From the NCBI GenBank assembly GCA_043815665.1, contig JBDRIT010000251.1, positions 2,818-66,817 of the forward strand: DNA of 64,000 bases, given 5' to 3'. Shown here one piece after another: positions 1 to 8,500 of this stretch. The notes beneath the pieces were generated by a model that saw only the letters and a program-made list of their open reading frames with translations, was not told the origin of the DNA and did not search any database. Made by a program: the position numbers and the translations under genes. Each line of letters starts with the position of its first letter. Positions within the stretch are counted from its first letter, which is position 1. Source of the DNA: Pseudomonadota bacterium (GTDB taxonomy: Bacteria > Myxococcota_A > UBA9042 > CAIXZC01).

Positions 1-1
1 C

Positions 2-3000
2 GTGGACGACGACTGCAACGGCGAGATCGACGACATCGCGCCCGAGCCCTGCGACATTGAGAACGAATGGGGCACCTGCCCGGGCGAGAGCGGCTGCGAA
101 GACGGGGAGTGGGTGTGCCTCGGCGAGGCGCCCCTCCTGGACTTTTGCAACGGCAAGGATGACGACTGCGACGGGGAGACCGACGAAGAGTCCCCGGACA
201 CGGACGGGGACGGGATCAAGGACTGCGTGGACCCGGACGATGACAACGACGGAGTCTTGGACGAACTGGACAACTGCCCCCTGCTCCCCAACCCCTTCCA
301 GGAGGACGAGAGCGACCATGACAACATCGGCGAGGTCTGCGACGCGGACGATGACAACGACACCGCGCCGGACGAAGGACCCGACGATGTAGTGGACTGT
401 GGACCGTTCGATGACACGATATATCCGGGTGCGGACGAATCATGCAACGGCATCGACGACGACTGCGACGGGGAGACCGATGAGGAATTCCCGGACACAG
501 ACGGGGACGAAATCAAGGATTGTCTGGACCCGGACGATGACGGTGACGGCGTCCTGGACCTGGACGATAACTGCCCCCTCGTCGCCAACCCGGGTCAGGA
601 GAACAACGATCTGGTCGATCAGGGCGACGCGTGCGACCCGGACGACGACAACGATCTGATCGGGGACGAGCAGGACAACTGCCCGTTCGTGGAAAACGGA
701 ACCCAGAGCGACCTGGACAGCGACGGCCTCGGGGACGCCTGCGACCCGGACCAGGACGGCGACGGTGTGGCGAACGGGTTGGACAACTGTGCCTCGCTGT
801 GGAACCCGGAGCAGCTCGACACCGATGGGGACGGGGACGGGGACGCGTGTGACACGGACCAGGACGGCGACGGGATCCAGGACGCGGTGGACAACTGCCC
901 GCTGGTTGTGAACCCGAACCAGTTGGACCTGGACGAGGACGGCCTCGGGGACAAATGCGATGACGACATGGACGGGGACGGTGTCGTGAACACAGAGGAC
1001 AACTGCCGCATGGAGCCCAACGGGGCGAACCAGCTGGCCCCGGACGGTAACCAGGCAGACTCGGACGGCGACTGCGAGGACGAGGGACCGCCTCCGTACG
1101 GAACGGATCCAACGTGCGGGAACGCGTGCGATGACGATGACGACAACGACGGGCTGCTCGACATGGTGGACAACTGCCCCTGGATCTCCAATCCGGACCA
1201 GCTCAACTCCGACACGGATGGGAACGGGGACGCGTGCGACGACGACGACGACGAGGACGGTGTTCTCGATCCGGACGACAACTGCCCCCTCGTCCCCAAC
1301 CCAACGCAGAAGGACACCAACGGGAACGGCGTAGGGGACGCGTGCGACTGGGATAACGACGGGGACGGGATCCTCGATGAGGACGACAACTGTCCCACGG
1401 TGGCCAACGGCCCGAACGAGCCCCCGCCGGAGGGGAACCAGGCCGATTTCCCGGACGGGGACGGGCTGGGCAACGCGTGCGACCTGGACGACGACGGGGA
1501 TGGTGTCAAAGACGTGTCAGACAACTGTCCGTGGACCCAGAACCCTTCTCAGGAGGACACCGACCAGGACGGGCTGGGCGACGTGTGCGACCTGGATGAC
1601 GACGACGATGAGATCCTCGACGTCGAGGACAACTGCCCCGTCACGTTCAATACGGACCAGGTGGACACCGACGGGGACGACTGGGGCGACGCGTGCGACC
1701 CGGACGACGACGACGACAACATCCCTGACACCACGGACAACTGCCCCCTCGATGTCAATCCGAACCAGGCGGACGCGCCGGACGGGGACGGCCTGGGCGA
1801 CGTGTGCGACATGGACGACGACGACGACGGCGTCCAGGACGGAGACGACAACTGCCCCAAGGTAGAGAACTTCTGGCAGGCAGACCTGGACGGCGACGGT
1901 CTGGGGGACGCGTGCGACGACGACATTGAGAATGACGGAAAGAAGAACGACTTCGACAACTGTCCCTTCGTGTACAACCCGAACCAGGACAACCTCGACG
2001 GGGATGGCCTGGGCGACGTGTGCGACCCGGACGACGACGGGGACCAGGTATCGGACGATCAGGACAACTGCCCCGTGATCCCGAATACAGACCAGGCCGA
2101 CACGGACGGGGACGGCCTGGGGAATATCTGCGATGCCGATGACGACGACGATGGGATCCCCGACGACGGGAACCAGAACGGGCTCACCACCGACGCACCC
2201 TGCGCGACAGGCCAGACCGTGGGCTGCGACGACAACTGCACCCTCACCCCGAACCCGGACCAGACCGACAGCAACGGGAACGGCAAAGGCGATGCATGCG
2301 AGTGCGACCCGGACAACGACGGCGTCGCGTCCCCGGCGGAGAACTGCGATCCGGAGACGCCTGACAACTGCCCCTTCATCTGGAACCCGGGCCAGATCGA
2401 TACCGATGGCGACGGTGCGGGCAACGCGTGCGATCCTGACGACGACGGGGACGGGGTGCTGGACGACGGCGACTGGAGCGGCGTCGCCGGAGACGCTCCC
2501 TGCGTGACCGGGGAGACCATCGGGTGCGACGACAACTGCGTCCTCGTTCCCAACCCCGACCAGACCGACCAGGACGGCGACGGCCTCGGGGACGCGTGCG
2601 ACGGAGACCTGGATGGCGACGGGATCGCCAACGCGCTGGACAACTGTCCTGCGACCCCGAACTCCGGGCAGGCGAATAACGACGGGGACGGCCTGGGCGA
2701 CGCATGCGATCCCGACGACGACGACGACGGCGTCCCGGATGCGGCAGATAACTGTCCCATTGTTCCCAACCCTGGTCAGGTGGACACCGACGGGGACGAA
2801 GAGGGCGACGCGTGCGACTCTGACTGGGACGGCGACGGCATCGCCAACGGCGTGGACAACTGCCCCCTCGCCTTCAACCCAAACCAGGGCAACCAGGACG
2901 GTGACGCGGCCGGGGACGCGTGCGATCCGGACGACGACAACGACGGCGTCCAGGACGGGGAGGACAACTGTCCCTTCCTGCCGAATCCGGCCCAAACCAA

Positions 3001-5311
3001 TGCCGACGGAGACCCCTGGGGCGACGCTTGCGACGAGGACGACGACGGCGACGGGATCCTCGACCTGGTGGACAACTGCAAGCTCATTCCGAACCCGAGC
3101 CAGTCAGACAACGATGGCGACGGTGCTGGCGACGCGTGCGATCCCGATGACGACAACGACGGCGTCCCGGACACGAACGACAACTGCCCCTTCGAGCCGA
3201 ACTCGTCCCAGGCGGACTTCGACGGAGACGGCTGGGGTAACGCCTGCGACGAGGACGACGATGGCGACGGGATCCCCGACGCCGAGGACAAGTGTCCGCT
3301 GCTCCCCTGCCAGGGGGACATCTCGGTCTGCCAGCTCGACACGGACGGCGACGGGGCCGCGAATCCCTGCGACCCGGACGACGACAACGACGGCGTTGCA
3401 GATGGGCCAGACAACTGTCCCCTGATCTGGAACCCGGAGCAGGGGGACTTCAGCGGCAACGGCGTCGGAGACGCGTGCGACTTCGACTGGGACGGCGACG
3501 GGGATCCGAACTCCACGGATTGCGGGCCCTGGGACCCGGACCGGTACACCGGTGCGGTCGAGATCTGCGACGGCAAGGACAACGACTGCAATGGGATCAT
3601 TGATGATGCGGGCAGCGGGGGCTGCACGACCTGGTACCAGGACGGTGACGGAGATGGCGTGGGCACCGCGTCTCAGAAGTGCCTCTGCACGTCCTCCTAC
3701 CCCTATCTCGCCCAGGAGACCGGGGATTGCAACGACGCGGATCCCGCCGTGGCCCCGGGAAAGACCGAGTACTGCGACGGCAAGGACAACGACTGCGACG
3801 GCCAGGTGGACGAGGACGGAGTCAACGGCTCGCCCTACTACCTGGACGCGGACGGGGACCAGTGGGGCGTAGCGGGGGACTCGGTGACCTCCTGCGAGCC
3901 CGTCGGCGCGTACACGGCCGTCCTCGTGGGAGACTGCGACGACTCGGACCTCTCGGTCTATCCCGGCGCGGTGGAGCAATGCGGCGACGGGAAGGACAAC
4001 GACTGCGACGGTGCGACCGACGAGCCGGGTGCGGCCGGCTGCGTCCCGGTCTACCAGGACTCCGATGGTGACGGCTGGGGCAACCATGCGGTGGTGAACT
4101 GCCGATGCCTGACCGGCATGGGGACCGCACCCGCAGGCTGGGCCCTGAAGCCCGGCGACTGCGCGATCGTCGATCCCGCTGTGAACCCGGACGCGGACGA
4201 GGCCTGCGACGGAAAGGACAACGACTGCGACGGAGCGATCGACGAGCCGGCCGCCGAGACGGACGTCTGTCCCGGGACCTACACGAAGTACTACCGGGAC
4301 ATGGACGGGGACGATGCCCCGGCCCAGGCCTACACCAAGTGCCTCTGCGGACCGGCAGGACAGTTCGACATCCCAGCTTCCGTCGCGGAGGTCGGAGACA
4401 TCTGGGACTGCAACGACAACAATGGCTCGATCAGCCCCTTCGCAGCCGAGAAATGCAACGGGATCGACGACGACTGCGACGACGATGTGGACGAGGCGAA
4501 GGACCCCGTGGGTGGGGGCTGCGCGAACGGCTACCTGATCCACCATGTGGACAACGATGAGGACAACTACGGCTGGGACGGCGTGCACCCGGACTATACC
4601 GCGCAGTTCGGAGTTTCCGTCAAACCCACCCTCTGCCTCTGCGGGCCAAAGGACATCGCGTACGGGATGGGCAGCGCGCATTATGAACCGACCAGCGCCC
4701 TGCCGGACTGCAACGACGAGGACGAGAACATCAACCCCGGTGCCCTGGAGGACTGCTCGACCGGGTCGATCGACGAGAACTGCAACAACATCTATAACGA
4801 GGAGAACGGGGTCGCGTGCCACTGGTACACTGTTGATGGCGACAGCGACCTGTACGGCTGGAACGGCCTCCATCCCCCGCGGGACGAGGCGCTCCTCGAG
4901 CGGTGCTTCTGTGGCCCTTCGGGGTACTACAAGACCCAGACCTCGGACATCATCCCCGGCGACGACGATTGCTATGACGAGAACGCGGATGTGTTCCCTG
5001 GAAACGTAGCGTGGTTCACAGAACCCATCTTCGGAATGGGCGGTTGGGACTACGACTGTGATGGCGGGGTCTCCTACGAGCTTCCCAGGGGGACCGGCAA
5101 CTGCGTCATATATTGTTCGGTGTGGCCATACTGCTGTCCCTGCTGCAAGTGGGAGGGTGGACCCTGGAGCGATGACTGCGGGTTCGGCAATGCGGATTGC
5201 GGCGTGTGGGGCAAATGGCCGACCGGCTGCGCATGTTGTGTGAACTCCTGCGGGCAGTCGGGGCTCTGCGCAGATATGGGTCTCGTAGACAAGCAGCAGA
5301 AGTGTCACTAG
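2..5311 (+). CDS. Giant secreted calcium-binding repeat protein, 5'-truncated by the window edge. It has ~30 thrombospondin type-3 repeats (DNCPxxxNPxQxDxDGDGxGDACD), then MopE-like motifs (DCNDxDPxxxPGAxExCDGKDNDCDG), then a Cys/Trp-rich C-terminal module.
   Basis: Single uninterrupted 1769-codon frame running off the 5' edge. Regular 36-39 aa TSP3 periodicity is visible in the translation, as are the MopE-like motifs. The C-terminal module (CCPCCKWEGGPWSDDCGFGNADCGVWGKWPTGCACC) is paralogous to the C-terminus of 5570..11095. Confidence 0.85.
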   Translation: MDDDCNGEIDDIAPEPCDIENEWGTCPGESGCEDGEWVCLGEAPLLDFCNGKDDDCDGETDEESPDTDGDGIKDCVDPDDDNDGVLDELDNCPLLPNPFQEDESDHDNIGEVCDADDDNDTAPDEGPDDVVDCGPFDDTIYPGADESCNGIDDDCDGETDEEFPDTDGDEIKDCLDPDDDGDGVLDLDDNCPLVANPGQENNDLVDQGDACDPDDDNDLIGDEQDNCPFVENGTQSDLDSDGLGDACDPDQDGDGVANGLDNCASLWNPEQLDTDGDGDGDACDTDQDGDGIQDAVDNCPLVVNPNQLDLDEDGLGDKCDDDMDGDGVVNTEDNCRMEPNGANQLAPDGNQADSDGDCEDEGPPPYGTDPTCGNACDDDDDNDGLLDMVDNCPWISNPDQLNSDTDGNGDACDDDDDEDGVLDPDDNCPLVPNPTQKDTNGNGVGDACDWDNDGDGILDEDDNCPTVANGPNEPPPEGNQADFPDGDGLGNACDLDDDGDGVKDVSDNCPWTQNPSQEDTDQDGLGDVCDLDDDDDEILDVEDNCPVTFNTDQVDTDGDDWGDACDPDDDDDNIPDTTDNCPLDVNPNQADAPDGDGLGDVCDMDDDDDGVQDGDDNCPKVENFWQADLDGDGLGDACDDDIENDGKKNDFDNCPFVYNPNQDNLDGDGLGDVCDPDDDGDQVSDDQDNCPVIPNTDQADTDGDGLGNICDADDDDDGIPDDGNQNGLTTDAPCATGQTVGCDDNCTLTPNPDQTDSNGNGKGDACECDPDNDGVASPAENCDPETPDNCPFIWNPGQIDTDGDGAGNACDPDDDGDGVLDDGDWSGVAGDAPCVTGETIGCDDNCVLVPNPDQTDQDGDGLGDACDGDLDGDGIANALDNCPATPNSGQANNDGDGLGDACDPDDDDDGVPDAADNCPIVPNPGQVDTDGDEEGDACDSDWDGDGIANGVDNCPLAFNPNQGNQDGDAAGDACDPDDDNDGVQDGEDNCPFLPNPAQTNADGDPWGDACDEDDDGDGILDLVDNCKLIPNPSQSDNDGDGAGDACDPDDDNDGVPDTNDNCPFEPNSSQADFDGDGWGNACDEDDDGDGIPDAEDKCPLLPCQGDISVCQLDTDGDGAANPCDPDDDNDGVADGPDNCPLIWNPEQGDFSGNGVGDACDFDWDGDGDPNSTDCGPWDPDRYTGAVEICDGKDNDCNGIIDDAGSGGCTTWYQDGDGDGVGTASQKCLCTSSYPYLAQETGDCNDADPAVAPGKTEYCDGKDNDCDGQVDEDGVNGSPYYLDADGDQWGVAGDSVTSCEPVGAYTAVLVGDCDDSDLSVYPGAVEQCGDGKDNDCDGATDEPGAAGCVPVYQDSDGDGWGNHAVVNCRCLTGMGTAPAGWALKPGDCAIVDPAVNPDADEACDGKDNDCDGAIDEPAAETDVCPGTYTKYYRDMDGDDAPAQAYTKCLCGPAGQFDIPASVAEVGDIWDCNDNNGSISPFAAEKCNGIDDDCDDDVDEAKDPVGGGCANGYLIHHVDNDEDNYGWDGVHPDYTAQFGVSVKPTLCLCGPKDIAYGMGSAHYEPTSALPDCNDEDENINPGALEDCSTGSIDENCNNIYNEENGVACHWYTVDGDSDLYGWNGLHPPRDEALLERCFCGPSGYYKTQTSDIIPGDDDCYDENADVFPGNVAWFTEPIFGMGGWDYDCDGGVSYELPRGTGNCVIYCSVWPYCCPCCKWEGGPWSDDCGFGNADCGVWGKWPTGCACCVNSCGQSGLCADMGLVDKQQKCH
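240..3500 (+). repeat. Intragenic array of thrombospondin type-3 calcium-binding repeats (~108-117 nt units) in the first giant gene.
   Basis: Periodic DNCPxxxNPxQxDxDGDGxGDxCD units in the translation. GAC/GGC-rich DNA periodicity. Confidence 0.8.
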
Positions 5312-5490
5312 GCCCAAAACAAGCGAAGATGCCGTAGCGAGGCGGTCGAGATGGCGATGCTGACAAGGATAGCGAACGAAGGCGATGCCGAGTATCGGCG
5401 AGTTCGAGTGAGCATGGCGAACGGTCTATCCGCTGTTCAGCACTGGCAGATCGGCTGCCACAGCAGGTAGATGCGCTTGTTTTTGGACTA
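5305..5490. other. Imperfect ~17-bp inverted repeat (ctaggcccaaaacaagcg … cgcttgtttttggactag) bracketing ~145 bp of intergenic DNA between the first two giant genes.
   Basis: Direct reading of 5305-5325 against 5470-5490. The interior carries small reiterations (gatgccg, ggcgatgc). Confidence 0.4.
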
Positions 5491-5569
5491 GGGGCGGCCG
5501 CCATCCATTGGTGGCGTGCTGCCTGAGATGAACCGAGCGTGACTGGCTGCCCGCAACTGAGGTGTCGCC

Positions 5570-8500
5570 ATGATGAGATTCGGATACCGGCAAGGAGTTG
5601 CGGCCCTGGTCCTCCTCTGCGTGTTCGCCTCGTGCAGCCCTGACAAGGCCGACCGGGACCCTGGGACGGACGCGGATCGTGGGGATCTGCCGGGAGTCTT
5701 CGAGGTGGTCATCGGTGGCGACGGCGTTCCTGATCATGGGAGTTCGGACACCGGCGTAGTTCCTGGAATGGACACGCCGGGCTGGCCGGACGTTGCACCG
5801 GACTGCCAGGCCGGGGTTGGCGGCTTCGGGTGTCCGTGTGACACGGACGACGAGTGCATCCACGGCTTCTGCTTCGAGACGCCGGAGGGTGAGGTCTGCA
5901 GCCAGACCTGTCTGACCGAGTGCCCGGACGGGTGGACCTGTGAGCTGGTTTGTGCGGGGGAGAGCTGCCAGTACGTCTGTGTGCCGCGGTTCCCCAGGCT
6001 CTGCCGGCCCTGCGCGTCCCATGAGGACTGCCAGGACGTCCTCGGAGGGGGGGACGACCTCTGTGTCTCTGCCGGATCGATGGACGCCGGCTCGTTCTGC
6101 GGTGGGGGATGCGACGGCGATGGGGGCTGCCCGGCCGGGTTCGTCTGCGTCCCGATCGGTGTGGATGCGGCGACTGGACAGTGCATCCTGGAGGCGGGGG
6201 AGTGCGGATGCACGGACTGGTACGCGGAGCAGGAGATCTGGACCCCATGCTCGAAGGAGAACGAGTGGGGAACCTGTGACGGTGTGCGGACCTGCGGCCC
6301 GGAGGGCCTGACCCCCTGTGACGCGCCCGCGCCGGTCGCGGAGGTGTGCAACCTGACGGACGACGACTGCAACGGCGCTGTGGACGACATTGCGGCGCAG
6401 ACCTGTGTGCTCGAGAACGAGTACGGCGGCACCGAGGGGCAGCTCGTCTGCATCGACGGCGAGGCGGTCTGCCTGCCGGACGAGGTCCCGGCCGCAGAGG
6501 TTTGCGACGGCCTGGACAACGACCTGGACGGAGCGACGGACGAGGGCTTCCCGGACACGGACGGCGACGAGGACGCGGACTGCGTGGACGGGGATGACGA
6601 CGACGACGGGATCACTGACGGGGAGGACGTCTGTCCCCTCCTGTCGAATCCTGACCAGGCGGACAACGACCTGGATACCTGGGGCGACGCGTGCGATCCG
6701 GACGACGACAACGACGGCATCGAAGACGGCGAGGACTGCGCACCGTTTCTCCCCTGGATCTACCCAGGCGCGATCGAGGTCTGCGACGGGTGGGACAACG
6801 ACTGCGACGACAAGATCGACGAGGGCTTCTCCGACGCGGACGACGACGGAACCCCGGACTGCCTGGAGACCGACGATGACGACGACGGGGTTCCGGACGA
6901 TGTCGATAATTGCCCGATCGTGGCCAACCCCGGCCAGGAGAACCTGGACGGGGACCAGACCGGGGACGCATGTGATCCGGACGTGGACGGAGACGGCGTG
7001 ATCAACGAAGCGGACCTGTGTCCCACGCTGCCGAATCCGGACCAGGCGGACTTCCCGGACTCCGACGGGATCGGAAACGCATGTGATGACGATGACGACG
7101 GTGATGGCGTGACGGACGACGAGGACAACTGTCCCCTGGAGAGCAACCCCGGCCAGGGGGACATGGACGGGGACGGCCTCGGGGATGCCTGCGAGGCTGA
7201 CATGGACGGGGACGGGATCGCGGACGGCGCGGACAACTGCCCGGAGGTCCCGAACCCGACCCAGGTGGACGCGGATGGGGACTGGATCGGGGACGCGTGC
7301 GACGCGGACGCGGACAACGACGGGATCCCGGACGATGGGGACAACTGTCCCCTGGTGTTCAACCCTGGCCAGCTCAACAACGACACGGACCCCTGGGGGG
7401 ATGCTTGCGACGACGACGACGACGATGACGGCTACCCGGATCCCTTCGACAACTGCCCCCTGACGGACAACCCCCTCCAGACCAATATGGACAACGACGC
7501 CTGGGGCAACGCGTGTGACGATGACGACGACAACGACGGGGTGCCGGACGGGGAAGACAACTGTCCGTGGATCCCGAACCCGAACCAGGCGGACGCGAAC
7601 AACGACGGCACCGGGGACGCCTGCTCGGGAGACATGGACGGCGACGGCGTGCCCGACGGGCAGGACAACTGCTCGGACGTCCCGAACCCTGACCAGGCCG
7701 ATGCGGACGGCGATGTCCTCGGGGATGCGTGCGACAAGGACGACGACGACGATGGCGTCCCCGACACCGAAGACAACTGTCAGCTGGTCCCGAACGGGCC
7801 CGGCATCGCCCCCCCGCAGGGGGACCAGGGCGACACGGACGGGGACGGCCAGGGGGACGCGTGCGACGCGGATGACGACAACGACGGCGTCCTGGACGAG
7901 GTGGACAATTGCCCATTCGACGCCAACCCGGACCAGACCGATCTCGACGATGACCTGCTCGGAAACGCGTGCGACAAAGACGACGACAACGACGGGCTCA
8001 AGGACGGCGTAGACAACTGCCCCTTCGTGCCGAACCCCGGCCAGGAAGACGAGGACGGGGACGGCATCGGCGACGCGTGCGACGGGGACGCGGACGGCGA
8101 CGGGGTGCCGGACGAGTCTGACAACTGCTTGTGGGTCCCGAACCCCACCCAGGACAACAACGACGGTGACGGTGCCGGGGACGCGTGCGATGACGACGAC
8201 GACAACGACGGCGTCATCGCCGACGCGGACAACTGCCCCTTCGGGCCGAATCCCGGCCAGGAGAACTCGGACACGGACGGGATCGGCGACGCGTGCGACG
8301 ACGACCTGGACAACGACGGCGTGCCGGATGCCTCCGACAACTGCCCGTGGGTCGCGAATCCGCTCCAGGCTGACACGGACGGGGACGGCCTGGGGAACAC
8401 CTGCGACGATGACGACGATGGCGACCTGATCCCGGACGTGGTGGACAACTGCGTCCTCACCTTTAACCCATACCAGGAGGACGCGGACGGGGACGGAATC

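Noticed and set aside
513-5317. Multiple long minus-strand ORFs (513..1112, 619..1524, 1517..2995, 2059..2769, 2776..3666, 3104..5317) overlapping the first giant gene.
   Set aside because: Their translations are Arg/Pro/Ser/Val-rich low-complexity strings (SPSPS…, RRRPG…). They are exactly what the antisense of GAC/GGC-rich TSP3 repeat DNA yields. They have no starts with RBS and no domain features, so they are frame shadows.
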